Assembly: GCA_010909165.1 (NCBI GenBank)
Contig: VJWM01000219.1
Location: 186,001-250,000 of the forward strand
DNA length: 64,000 nucleotides
Reading direction: 5' to 3'
DNA from: Anthoceros angustus
Taxonomy: Eukaryota > Plantae > Anthocerotophyta
Shown here: one piece after another, positions 35,501 through 48,571 of the stretch
How the letters are laid out: each line of letters starts with the position of its first letter
How positions within the stretch are numbered: position 1 is the stretch's first letter
Position numbers and translations under genes: made by a program
Notes under the pieces: generated by a model
What the model saw: the letters and a program-made list of their open reading frames with translations, nothing else
Database searches by the model: none
Told to the model about the DNA's origin: nothing

Positions 35501-37208
35501 CTGAGAAGAGTAGACAAAGCCGTTAATCTGCACAAGTCAATGTGCTTCACTGAAGGTCGGATGTCGGGACTTACCGAGGACAAAATGAGGTGGCAATGGA
35601 CGCGCCAGTCTCCGCAAATCAGTCAGCTCGTTATTGGTCAAATTTGGCTTGACACCGTAAGGCAAGAGTCTGTAGGGCTTCTTGTAGGCAGACTCGTCGA
35701 TCGGCAGCAAATCCCCATCGACTGGAACCGGACGTGCCCCAGTCCAGCCTTCATAGCGAGGACCAAGCTCCTCCAAAATCCTCTCCACCTCTTCTAACTC
35801 CCGCATCATAATTTCTGTCAGTTTTCCTTTATCCACAGCTCCACCGCTGCTGGCAACTATCTCAGTTAGCACCCGATCCCGAATTTGACCTTCGCGTGTC
35901 TCTGGAACCGCTACATCACGTGACACGCCGCTCTCAAGCACAGCTTCATCTGCACCAACACGGTCTTCCACCTCCCGTACCTCCTGCTCAGAAGTGGCCA
36001 ACTCTACTTCCTTGCCTTCCTCCAGCTGCACGGGCACAGTCTGTGGCTCTTTGATACCAAAGTTCTGCCTGAACAATGGCAACGGCGCCTGCCGCCTCTT
36101 CTCAAGAACCGACTCAGGCAGCTTGGACGGATGAACATAATCCTTCCCTCGGTAGATAATCGCGGCACCACCCGACCTCCACACCACCAAACCCCCCGTC
36201 TTCCTCTGCAGAAACGTAACACCTCATCATCAGCATCCACAGCGCCAACCCGAACTAAACGGCAGAGGCAGAAGGAACACAAACCTCCAAATCCTCATGA
36301 GTCTTCTTCATATTCAAAGCCGGCGGGCCCTCACATTTGATCTTCACAATCTCAGAATTCCTCCATCCATCGTGAATGAAATCCACAACGCCGTCCGTGA
36401 CTCCGTGCCTCCCGATCTTGAGCCGGTGCCTCAGGTGGAGCCCGAGCCCGCGCAACCGCTTCAGCTCCTCTCCAGAAATGGTGAGCTCGGCCAGCGACGG
36501 CGGCTTCACCTTCTTCACCTTCCCGGCCTCCGCCTCCGCATCCGGCTCCTCATCCGGCCGCATTTCCCACGGGAACCTGGCGTCCATCCTCCCCGGCTCC
36601 TGGAACCCGGGCGTGGGAACGGGATGATCGGGAGTAGACCACTTCGGGTTCACCTTGGGAAGCACCTGGTTGTTCCCTCCCGGCCTGTGCGTGAAAATGG
36701 AGTCCGCAGTGTGCCCCCCGCGCCTCTGCTGCTGAGTGTAGCCGAGGTAGGACCTCCCTTGCACCGCCTGGCTGCTGCTCCTGATGCTCTGCAGCTTGTC
36801 CACAATGCGGGACATGGCCGTCCGCTTACCGGACTGCATACCGGGGTCCATGCCGTCGGACGAAACGGCCCGCTCCTCCGCCTCCACTTCCATCCCTTGC
36901 TGCTGCCGCCTGGCCGGCCCCGGGGGCGCACCGCTCCCCCGCGACATCCAGGGAGGCGGATTCTGCTTGAACCCCGAGCTGCGCCATCTCTGAGCTGGAG
37001 CCACAGCTGCAGCATCATTCTCCTCCTGCTCCCGCTCCTGCTCCCGCGTCGCTGCAGCTCTGGATGCGGAGCAAGCCACCAGCAGGCGGCCCGGCGCGGG
37101 CCGTGCGTACGAGGTGCTGCAGCCGCGGCCGCCCCCGGTGAGCGAGACGCAGGGGCAGCAGTCGCGCGACCGCGACGGGCCCAGGAGCCTCGCCGGCGCC
37201 AGCGCCAT
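32535..37208 (-). CDS. CFM2: Chloroplast CRM-domain splicing factor with four CRM domains (CFM2-like), multi-exon
   Basis: Probable ATG at 37208 (MALAPARLL). CRM1 [29 protein letters not shown]; CRM2 [30 protein letters not shown]; CRM3 [27 protein letters not shown]; CRM4 [30 protein letters not shown]|[21 protein letters not shown]. Acidic tail. Confidence 0.85.
32656..32790 (-). repeat. 21-bp coding tandem repeat (DEPWTDP x4 plus a variant) in the CFM2 tail
   Basis: GTCAGTCCATGGCTCGTCAGG units on the + strand. Translation ..[38 protein letters not shown]... Confidence 0.9.
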
Positions 37209-37488
37209 GCCGCGCAGCGCAATGCTTCGACTCTCACTGCATCCGCCGCCGCCACGGGAACAGGCGACGATGCTTCCGGAGGAATGCAGTGCGCGGTAAC
37301 TGTAACTAGTCAGGCCCAGGCGCCTTTGCAAAGTTTGCGTCCAGAGACGGAGAGGATGAGGATCAGAAGAAACGCGGCTCCATTAATGCAATCCAATTAC
37401 ATACATAAATAAAAACTGTAACAAAATGTCCATGGACTACAAACGCTCCCGGGCAGCGATGCCGTCCACGAAGACGAATTTTGAGACG

Positions 37489-40187
37489 CTACAGAAAAGC
37501 GTCCGCGAAGGGCAGCCGGCTGATGACTTGCTTCCCCAAGGAGTTCAGCTCCCGCAGCGCCTGCACGTGTGGCTCGTCGGCCTCCACGGGTATGATCGCC
37601 GCGGGGGATCCCTGTTTCAGGTATTCGACCACCTTGTTGGCGGCCTCCAAGCCCGTCACGAAGGCCTTCTCCTGCGCAACGCACAGAATTTTGAAGAAGG
37701 TTAGGGTTTGAAATCTTTGCTTCCGTCCCTGCTAGGGAGAGTGTTGCTTTTACCTGAGACCAGGAGCCGTGGCGATTGATGATCCAGTCTCCAGCCATAT
37801 ACACGTTGGGGATGCTGGTGCTTCCTTCCAACAGGTATTGGTAAGTTCCTGGGGAGAAGTGTGTTACACCTCGTTTGAATCGGACCACGGCCTTGTCCGT
37901 GACAGTGGCATATTGGAATTGCGGGATGCACAGGGCCAGGTACTCTTGCACTTTCTGGACTATTTGATCGTCGGTGAGGGGCAGAAGCTGGTTGGCATGA
38001 TACTGATGGAACGGACCCCGTCAGTAGGCAGTTGTATCCCAGCGAGCAAGCAAGTAGAGGAAGGTGAAAGGGGTTTGGCAGCACTTACAAAGTCTGCCTC
38101 CACCACTGTCCCTGGCTCATCTTTGTACTCGTCGTGCAAGGCAGTGAGGTCGAAGAATGTCCACCCTGTTGAGCTGTCGAATCCGAAGCAGGCGTTGCTT
38201 GGTTTGGGGATGGGGATCTGTGGAACATGCAAGAAACACATCATCATGCCTCTGCTGTATAGCCCTGCAGATGGTACTGCGGCTGCCTGAGATTGTAGAA
38301 GACGGTTATTACCTTTCTGTCTAGCCAGAGGCGTACAGCAAGCACGTCCACAGCGCCCAGATTTGAGGTGTTCAGAAAGTCTTCCTTGGTCTTCAGAACC
38401 ACGCTGTACAGAGCGACGTACAAACATGACCTCAGTGCTGAAACAAACCGATCCTACAGCAACAGCAATGTTGCCCCACAGGAACCGTCCCACCATGGCT
38501 CAAAAGCAGGCAGAACGAACGGACTACCCAACCTGTTCGCAACAATTCGTTGAATGGCGGTGACACCAACTGCAAACACCACAGCATCCGCTTCAAATGT
38601 CTCCTGTCCGCAGAGAACACCCGTCACAGCTCCGGTTTCTTCGTTGAGGATGACATCTGTGACTTTCTTCTCCGCGATAAAGTGGCAGCCTTGCTCTGCT
38701 AGCTTTTCCACCCAAGGCTTGAAAATCTGGTCACCCACAGTGCCTCGGCACCACACTACATCGAAGTCGGCCTGCAACCAGTTCAGGAGATCGACAAAAG
38801 CCCGCTCATTTCCAGAGGCTCTGAAGGGCTATGGCAGGCACACAGCTTGGATGGGTATGCAGAGAGCGAGATACAGGAGCAACACGCACCTGATGAGCCA
38901 GGATGAAATAGTACAGCATGCCTAAGGCAGCAGCAGCACTGCATTGTTCTCCCGGGGCAAACAAGCCCACAAGAAGCATGGGGTTGAATGCCTCTCTGTA
39001 CAACCTCTCTGAACATCCGAACTCTCGAAACAGCTCTCGTGCAGTTCCTGGACAGCATGAAATGAGAATGTAAGACCCAATGTGTGTGACTAAACATATG
39101 GCATCGCATATCATACAGGCACAAAGGAGGCTTACTTTTGTCGTACTTCTTCCAAGCACTGTCGCTGTTGTCAAAGTCGAGGACTAACAGGGCACAGAGA
39201 ACATGTCAGTCTGGTGCGTGAGATAGAGCACAACGGCAACCCAGCATTGAACTTAGGTCCACTCACCAGCATAGAGCAATGGTAGGGCAGTAAGGCGATC
39301 TAGCAAAGGAAGCCTCTTGAACTGCAATCCCATACCTTTCGGGGTCAATGGCCAAGCAATGCAGGTAGAAAGGGGAAGCATGTGCACCAAAATCATGCAT
39401 TCCGGACTATGCACTGATTCACCTGAGTGTACACGAAGGTACCCAAGGGGCTCGGCAAACGAGGAAGGTCCTGGAATATCGGTGACTCAACCTACAAGGC
39501 AGCACGGAGGCACGAACACGGAGAGCACTGTAGTCTGTGTGGCAGTTATCCATTCAACGAGTCTTGAGAGGAGGAAGCGTGAGACATGGTTGTGTTACCT
39601 CGAGGCCCTGAGGGGAGTATTGCGCAGATCTGGTCCAATCGGTGAAAGGCTGGAGGCCCAATGCATCCACCAGCGCGAATATGTTTTTATAGGGGTACCA
39701 GAAGCCTGCTGACAAATGTGAGCGAGCTTGGCAGAGCGCAGGGCAAGAAGGCAGCATAGCAGCAAGAGTTTTAGGGAGAGTGTGACAGTGTACGTACCGT
39801 GAATGCCCACCTCCACGGACCGCCCTGTAGCTGTCGTCCAACCGGCTGACAGGCCTCCGGGCTGACGCCCAGCTTCGAGGAGCGTGACATCGAAGCCCTG
39901 CCAATGGTGACGGCCCGGTGAAGCCACAGCAGCAGCAACCGCGACCAGCAAAACCGACCCAGCACCGGAAGGGGAAGGAGGTAGGCTCTCGCTACCTGCT
40001 TGGAGAGGTGATGGGCGGCGCCGAGGCCTGCCCAGCCTCCGCCGACAACCACCACTTTTTTGGTTTCTGCATTCTCCACCTTTTGCTCTTGGGCGATGCA
40101 ATGCAGCCTTGTCCTCCTGCTGGTGAGCTTGGGCGGGGCCTTCCAGACCGGCCACACCGACGTGAGCGGCTTAGCCAAGGCCTCCAT
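37489..40187 (-). CDS. FAD-dependent oxidoreductase, amine-oxidase/carotenoid-desaturase superfamily, probably plastid-targeted; multi-exon
   Basis: Transit-like N-terminus; Rossmann motif KKVVVVGGGWAGLGAAHHL; LLEAGRQPGGL..GIHG|FWYPYKNIF; C-terminal NVYMAGDW..SWSQ|EKAFVTGLEAANKV; stop at 37489-37491. Confidence 0.85.
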
Positions 40188-40310
40188 CTCGGCTCTGGGT
40201 CTGGTGGCCTTGGAGGGACGGAAGTCAGCAGACTGTGACTTTGGTTGTTTGATTCTGGTAACCTAAATAATTGGTGGATAACGCAGGAAAGCTGGTGGTG
40301 GACAATCGCC

Positions 40311-42305
40311 ATGGCTGAACAACTCTCCGCGCTCGACACTCCCCCTAACCTGCCCCGGAAGATTGCGTGGGGAGATGAGGAATTCGACGAACCCGACCTG
40401 CCTCAGCCGCCCCCTGATGTTCTTGATCTCGGCGGCCTGTCTGCCGCCCTCGACAGCGCGAGTACAGCAGCTGACGCGGATGCCGCGCCGGAGGCAGAGA
40501 TCAGAAAGGTGCGGATGGACGGACTCTTGCCACTTCTGCATTTGCAACAGGGATGTGCACAGTTCCTTACGCCGTCGTCATGTTCCTGTTGCTGTTGCTG
40601 TTGCTGTTGCGTTGGGTGGATTCACTTTGCTGCCTGCAGGTTGTGGCCGACGACACCCTCTACACATCGGCAACTACGTTCGAGGACCTCAATCTGAGCC
40701 CGGCCCTGCTCCAGGGCTTGTACGCTGAGATGAAATTCGAGAAGCCCAGCAGAATACAGGCCGTCACTCTGCCCATGATTCTGACACCTCCATACCAGAA
40801 CCTCATCGCGCAAGCTCACAATGGTTCCGGCAAAACCACCTGTTTCGTGCTTGGGATGCTCAGCAGGGTGAATCCCCTGTTGAACGCACCGCAGGCCCTC
40901 TGCGTCTGCCCTACCAGGGAGCTGGCTATCCAGGTATGCCATGCTGCACCATTTTCTTCCTCCGTGCTGCCTGCAGTGCATAGGTAGATGCCAAGGCAAG
41001 ATGTTGTGTTGCATAGCAGCTGTGGCATCCTCTCATCCTAGCCTGTTGAATCATGTGTGAAGAATCAACAAGTACTTACCAAAATGGGCAAGCACACTGG
41101 CATAACCTGCGCTTGTACAGCTTTTGCCGATATTGAGTCAGGCGCAAGGCCAGGGCGCATCACTGACCAGGTGGTCATCGGGACGCCTGGGACCTTGAAG
41201 CGTTGGATGACAAAGGATAGAAGCCTGAGCACGAAGACCATCAGGGTGCTGGTGTTCGATGAGGCGGACCACATGCTGGACCAGGTACTTTTCTTGCTTC
41301 CTGCTTGTTGTTTCATCCTTGCATTCCTCGGTGGCCATGTTGACGGATGCTGTACGTGTTGCCTGATGCAGGATGGCTTCCAAGACGACTCACTGAGGAT
41401 CATGAAGGAGATCACCAAGGAGGTGACCAGGCTCAATGCGTCTCTCCAAGTGCGCATCTTACAAGCCTTGTTGTCTGCCTCTAGGATGCGCTCCAGTGTA
41501 GATTCAGGTGAAGTGAAGAGGTTTTCCTTGATGTTTTCTTTGTGTGTGCAGGTTCTGCTGTTTTCAGCCACATTCAACGAACGAGTGAAGCAATTCGCTC
41601 AGAGAGTGACCGTGAAAGCTAACTACGTGTTTGTGGAAAAGGAGAAGCTTTCACTCGACGTGATCCGGCAGTATCGTGTCATGTGCCCTAATGTGTGCGC
41701 CAAAATCGAGGTGCTCAAGGAACGCATCTTCCCGGCCGCGGAGAAGCTAGGGCAGTCCATCATCTTCGTCCGCACCAGGAAGAACGCGAGCGAGCTGCAC
41801 CGGATCTTGAACGCCGACGGCCACAAGTGCTCCTCCATCCAAGGCGGCCTCACTCACGAAGAGCGCGACCGGGTGATCCGGGAGTTCAGATGCGGGGAAA
41901 CCAAGATTCTCATCGCAACCGACGTCCTCGCCCGGGGCTTCGATCAAGCGCAGGTCACCTTGGTTGTTAACTTCGATATCCCAGTGAAGGCGGCCACCCC
42001 GGACGAGCCGGACTACGAGCTCTACCTGCACAGGATCGGGCGGAGCGGCCGGTTTGGCCGTCGAGGTGAGCGAGCTCACGTCACACAGCGAAGTTAGCGT
42101 TTTGTCTTTTGTCCGCTGGCTGCCTGAAGCGCGCGTGCGTGCGTGGGGCTCTTGTGCAGGCGCTGCATTCAATCTGCTGGTGACGGAGGACGACGCAAGA
42201 GATCTGGACAGGATTGCAAGCCATTTCAACCGCGACATCCCCGAGGTGCCGTGGCAAGATGAGGAGGCTTTCGAAAGCGTGCTCAAGGAGGCAGGCTTAG
42301 CTTGA
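40311..42305 (+). CDS. RH38: DEAD-box RNA helicase 38 (LOS4/Dbp5 mRNA-export helicase), multi-exon
   Basis: FEDLNLSPALLQGLYAEMKFEKPSRIQ, AQAHNGSGKT, CPTRELAIQ, VFDEADHML, LLFSAT, TDVLARGFD, YLHRIGRSGRFGR. Confidence 0.96.
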
Positions 42306-42779
42306 GGAGGAGAATGAGCTTTGAAGAAGCGAACATTTTTCTGCAACAGGGGCCCGGCGTCTAGTCGCTACATAGGCGTATAAACCTACATAAATTAGAA
42401 GGCTGAGAGCATTACAAAGCTCCGACGTTGCAGCAAAACAACGACAAGGCAAATTCTAAATAAGTTTCACGGAGTGGATCGCTCACAACGTGCTTGTGAA
42501 TTTAGGGGAATGGAGGCTGTCGCATCTTTGTCTCTGTTGCCTTGCCGTCTCCTGTTGTGGAGGCCGCGAGTTTTGTGAGGTGTATCAAGCAGGAATGAGT
42601 TGCAGTGAGTGCTTTGGGAAAGTGTTTGCCTTGCATGCCAAGCGCACTGCCTTGCCTTATCTTCTGGCGTGCATGTCGTTCTTCCACTTTTAGCGGGCTG
42701 GCTGGTTCGCCAGTGAAGCTGGGACAGTGTCTCGATGATGGTCAACAACCCAACCTGTGGCTCTTCTGTCCCGACGGCC

Positions 42780-45700
42780 ATGGCCTCGCCCATGGCCTGG
42801 CCTCGCCTAGCTCCTGCAGGCGCAGGCGCGCTGAATGCGAGGCCAGCCCCTTGCGTCTCGCCCTCTCCACCGTCTCCCTGTGCCTCGACCTCGTACACGT
42901 CCACGCCCGAATCTCTACTGCCAGCAGCTGTAAGTGCTTTCAGCATTCAGAATTTGAAGCTGCGAACTCGTAATGGAGCTCCTGCGCAATTTTTCATGCT
43001 GAATCCATCTCTGCTGCTTGCGCTTGTTGCTGTGCAGAGGTTGCCGAGCAGGCAGTATCACGGGTGCAGGAGGATTCCGGTTTTCTTGCACCACGGAAGC
43101 ACAGGCCCTTCAGGTTGTCATTTCCCCGCTCCTTGCTTCCTGGCTGGTGGCCTTGGGTCACCAGATTTCTTTGAATTCGTAACGATGCTTGAAGCAGCCC
43201 GATCCCGTCCCTGCCATCCAGTCCACATGCTGAGCAGAGGTGTAATATTAGGTCTATCGCTTGGTCTTGAGCTATCATCCTGATCCTGCGCACCTGTCCA
43301 GGCAAGCTGTTTGCGCGAGCTACTAAGCAGTTCGGTGATCAAACACCTCAAGAGAGAAGTGGCATCGCCGCTGTGGAAGAACTGGATAGCAAGAGCCTGT
43401 TAGATGACATCATCAAGGACGCCGCTATCCCGCCTGATGTAGAGGAGGACGCCTCACCACTGCCGTCAATCAATAATGGATTGGAAGCGTTCACGGACGA
43501 TGTGGTACAGACAATTGCGCAACAAGAAGAATTGTTGAAATCGGCTGACGGTGCCAGGAATTCGGAATTTCTCGGGTACTCGGCCGGTACCGAGAAATTG
43601 TCAGTCGACACACACGACGACGATTCTGATCCGCCACTGGCACAGCTACTGTCCGCTCAACAACAGGAGTCGCATGCGGAAATTACTCTCACCGAGGACG
43701 AGCGCTTGGATGAAAGCTTGGACGAGGGCAAGATTGTAGACGTAAAGTTATTGTTGGAGAAGAATGATGCAAGTAGGATCTTTTCCAACCCAGAAGCTGT
43801 GCATGCTGGAAAGCACTTCCATGTCTTCTTTAAACGGAGTGCAACAGCCTTGTCAAACGAACCAAAAATTTTCATTCTCGGTGCATACAATCATTGGAGA
43901 TGGAATTCGTTCACCACAGAGCTAACGAAAGTTGATGTGCAAGGTGATTGGTGGACCTGCTCTTTACAAGCCCCTCCACAGGCATTTCGACTGGATTTCG
44001 TCTTCTTTAACGGAGACAAAGTGTATGAAAATAATGAAGGGAAGGACTTCTTCTTTGATGTTTATGGGGGAATGTCGGAGCCGGATTTTGAGGATTTCCT
44101 GGCAGAAGTGAAGAGAAAAGAGGCAGAGAGAGCAGCTGCAGAACAGGCTGAATTGGAGAGAATTGCGACTGAGGAGCGCAGGTTGGCAGAAGAGAAGGCA
44201 GAACAAGAAGCTGACAGAGCTGAAGCCAAAAGATTGGTACTGGAGCAGCGTGATAAGGCCAGGGAGGCTCTTCAAAAGGCTGTGGTATCGGTCCCTGGAC
44301 TGTGGTATGTTGAACCCTCTGATTTCCATGGGGGTGACGTTGTTACTCTCCTCTACAACAGGTCAGGCGGGCCTCTGGCTTCAAGTCCAAGCATCTGGAT
44401 ACATGGGGGCTACAACAACTGGCAAGATATGGTATCCTTTGTGGAGTTGCTCTCTCCTGCCGATTTGGAGAATGGTGACTGGTGGTCTGTGCAAGGTGGG
44501 TCAGTTCTGCACCTCTGCTTTTTCTCTTTTGGAACAACGAGAACTATGGTGACTTGGCAATGGCTCTATAGAGATGTCTGCTGGATATGATAGACTGCAT
44601 CCTGTCTATATTACTCAAAGATCCCCGAGATGAATCCATTACTTTTTGTTTGTCTAATCTGCTTGGAGGTTCAGAGGTCGAGAGATAGTACCTCCATCTG
44701 GGACACTTGAAGATGGTTGAGATTAGATATGATGAACCTCATTTTGCTGCTGTGTTACTGGAGCAATTGATCTGGAGTCGGCAAACCATGGTAGCCATGG
44801 CAAGCCACGCTAGACATTATCATAAGGTAGCCTGGATTGTTGGATCCACCTTGCGAACAACGGAGAGTACAAGCAATCTCAATCTACGTGGCTGCTGCTA
44901 TGACACTGAGGTTGCTGCTGTGACACTGAGGTCCTTCAAGAGGTGTTCATGTCGAACTTTCCTTAATGTAGATGGAGTAGTCTCTTTCAGTTGTTCTACT
45001 CACTTCATACCGTGTTGGTGGATTGGCCCTTAGTTAAATGTACACTGTAGAAAGGAGTGATCTGTCACCTCTCCTTTTTACTGCATGTGTGGATTGTTTG
45101 CCACTTATGGGTGTGCTGTGTGTCTAACCTGGATGCTGTGCACTGCAGTGGCCGTACCAGAGGAAGCCTACATGCTGAACTGGGTATTTGCAAATGGCCC
45201 TCAGGACAATGCCCAGGTCTATGACAACAACAACTATCAAGACTTCCATGCTCTAGTCACAAAAAGTGTTCCTGAAGATTCCTTTTGGGCCCAGAAGGAA
45301 CAACAGATTTATGAAAAGTTGCAGCAGGAGCGGAAAGAAAGGAAAGAAGCTGCTCACCGAAAGGTAATGAAGGATTAGATTACTGGAGTTAGTAAGCATT
45401 TGACCTTCAATAGGATGACAAGGTTCTTATGCGCCAAACATGCCTCACTGTGTGTTTATTTGCTGAAGGCTGTGTACAGAGAAAAGCTTAAGAAGGAGAT
45501 GCAGACGAAAGCCAAGAAGCTATTTCTAGAGTCCCAGGCATACCGTTTCTTCACAGAACCAGCTGATGTTCAAGCAGGACAGCCTGTCACAGTGTATTAT
45601 AATCCATCGAACACTGTATTGCATGGCAGCTCGGAAGTATGGATCAGGTATTCCTTTAATCGTTGGAAGCATCCAGTGGGCTGTGCATCGATGACAAGGA

Positions 45701-48523
45701 AAGCAACTGGGAAAGATCCAAACTTCTTGCAGGCAACTGGTACAGACTTTAAATCACTGAATCTTTTTCTCGGTATTTTCGTTGCTATGGCATGGAAGCT
45801 CCCTTTTTCGCTGTCGTTTGACAGAACGTCTTAATGCTGCCATAAATTGGAAATCGGAGGGAAGCAAATCTAGCAATCTACCTGTACCTGCCACGCAGCT
45901 AATAATGTGTCTTTATTTGTGGCAGTTCAATTACCAGTTGATGCTTTTATTTTTGACTTCGTATTTTCGGAGAGAGGAGGTGAGGATGGAGGACGTTTCG
46001 ATAACAAGAATGGCTTGGACTACCATGTACCTGTGTCTGGAGGCACATCGAAGGAGCCACCCCTAAATATAGTCCATGTGGCTGTTGAGATGGCACCGGT
46101 TGCCAAGGTGATCTATGCTGCTAGGATGTGAACCACGAAGAGAAGCAACTCAGGATAATCAATGTAATCCATAGCTTGAAGGGTTTAATATATTGCAGTG
46201 GGCTTGACTTTCATGGGACTTCGTGGTGCAGGTTGGAGGACTTGGGGATGTGGTCACAAGTCTATCCAGAGCAGTGACAGAGCTAGGCCACAATGTGGAG
46301 GTTGTCCTGCCTAAGTATGACTGTTTGGACTACAGAAATGTAAGAAGACAATTGGCTTCAGCAGTTCCCTCTGCCTGCTTCTGCTTCATTTCCCTTAATT
46401 GATGTGGATGTTTCAGATTGTTGACTTGCAAGAGCGAGATGCATTTCATTGGGGAGGCACAAGAATCAGGGTTTGGAATGGAAAAGTGGAAGGCCTCTCT
46501 GTACAGTTTTTGGAACCTGAGAATGGGTATGCTCTCTACTAATCCAGTATGCTTTGTACGGATTGATTTCTTTCTTACGGCGTGCTGGTGGTTTGTGCAC
46601 GTTGTAGTCCCTTGATGATTCCTCGTTTGTTTTGTTAGAAGTACATTTCTCACGCTTTCAATGTCACAGCATGTTCTGGGCTGGATGCATATATGGGCGG
46701 CGAGATGATAGTAGCCGCTTTGGTTTTTTCTGTCATGCGGCTCTGGAATTTTTATCACAAAGCGGACGATCTCCAGTAATACAAGTCTTTGTCAATTTGG
46801 CTCGTTGATGTCAATAAGCAAGTCAATTTGTATGATGCCTACAATCTCTGTTGAAATTCAGACTCGTTGACACTATGTACTGATTGGCAAGCTCTTGTTG
46901 TATGCATTACTCAGGATATCATACATTGTCATGACTGGTCCTCTGCACCTGTAGCATGGCTATTTCATGAGCATTATTTGGGTAGGCTATCCAATGCAAG
47001 AATTGTATTCACCATCCACAACTTGGAGTTTGGAGCCCCTCTGATTGGAAAGGCTATGCAAAACTCTCATCGAGCAACTACGGTAGATACTGCAAAGCTG
47101 TCACAATCTCTCTGTTTTGCCATTTCTTGACTCACCTGTTGCCTTGTGCCTGTTGTTCTCCTTGTGAAGGTCTCCAACACGTATGCCAAGGAAGTAGCCG
47201 GCAATCCAGTGATATCTCCTCACCTGTGGAAGTTCTACGGTATACGAAATGGGATTGATCCTGATATCTGGGATCCTTTCAGCGACCCTTATATCCCTGT
47301 ATGTCTCAGAAACCCAGAGAAAGCAATTCAGCACTGTTTGAGGGCTGTTGAAAATTCTTCCTTGAGTTGTCGAGTTGAGGAGCCCTGGGCATGCTTGATT
47401 TTGTTTGCCAGTGCATTCTTCTGCATTAGCAGATTCCACATCCCAAGCTTAATGTGCATGACTTCCAGGTGAACTACACCGCTGATGACGCAGTTGAGGG
47501 CAAGCTGGCTGCAAAACAGGAGCTTCAGCAGAGATTGGGATTGCGAAAGACAGATCGTCCTGTAGTTGGTGTGATAACACGACTAACTGCCCAAAAAGGC
47601 ATAAACCTCATCAAGCATGCCATCTGGCGGATACTTGAACGTGGGGGCCAGGTTGGTTCTTGTCCAAGGGCTTTTTGTTTCTGTCATGCTTCCGCTTAGG
47701 TCGGTGCAGTAGTTGCAGTGAAGTCCTTACCTCTTTTGCATGGACGCAGGTTGTACTGCTTGGTTCGGCACCTGACCCAAGGGTGCAAAATGACTTCGTG
47801 AATCTTGCCAACCAGTTGGGCCAGCAGCATGGTGACATGGCTCGGCTGTGGCTTTCTTATGACGAGCCACTTTCCCATCTGGTAGTGTTTCAGAACTCAG
47901 TTGTGCGGAGCTTCCTTCTGGAGTTATCCAATGTTGTCGGGGATTCTCTGAATACAAAGTGTGACTCACTTCTCGTCCGCAGATTTATGCTGGAGCAGAT
48001 TTTATCCTGATACCATCCCTATTTGAGCCCTGCGGTTTAACTCAACTCACAGCAATGCGCTATGGTGCAATTCCAATCGTGAGAAAGACTGGTGGTAAGT
48101 GCGACTTGGCGTTGGTGCTCATGTTTCGTTACGATCCGCTTGCCACCATTTGGGAGCTGACTCGTGCCTGCTTTTCAGGATTGTATGACACAGTATTCGA
48201 TGTTGATCATGACAAGGAGAGGGCACGTGAGCAAGGCCTGGAGCCCAACGGTTTCAGTTTTGACAATCCTGACATCGCAGGAGTTGATTACGCAGTGAAC
48301 AGGTGAGACGGTGCAACCCTCCTCCTTTCCTCTTGAGATTACCAAAAACCAGTATCAGGCATTTGATGTCCTATTTGGTGCAACTATCAACAGGGCGCTG
48401 TCGGCCTGGTACGATGGTCGAGAATGGCTAAACTCCGTAAGTAAGCGGGCGATGCAACAGGATTGGACGTGGAATTTGCCCGCTTTGGAGTATATTGAAT
48501 TGTACTATGGAGCTAGAAAGTAA
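42780..48523 (+). CDS. SS3: Soluble starch synthase III (three CBM53 modules plus GT5 catalytic domain), multi-exon
   Basis: Transit peptide from ATG 42780. CBM53 repeats ([21 protein letters not shown]; [19 protein letters not shown]; [18 protein letters not shown]); [18 protein letters not shown]|VGGLGDVV; [10 protein letters not shown]; ITRLTAQKG; [15 protein letters not shown]; ends [10 protein letters not shown]. Confidence 0.96.
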
Positions 48524-48571
48524 GCTATGATAACCTTTACCATATTGCAAAATTGCACCTCAAGCATCTCT

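Noticed and set aside
36297-37412. 371-aa plus-strand ORF opposite CFM2 exon 1, and similar ORFs opposite 49500-50100
   Set aside because: Antisense shadows of GC-rich exons and CTG runs, with no independent coding signal.
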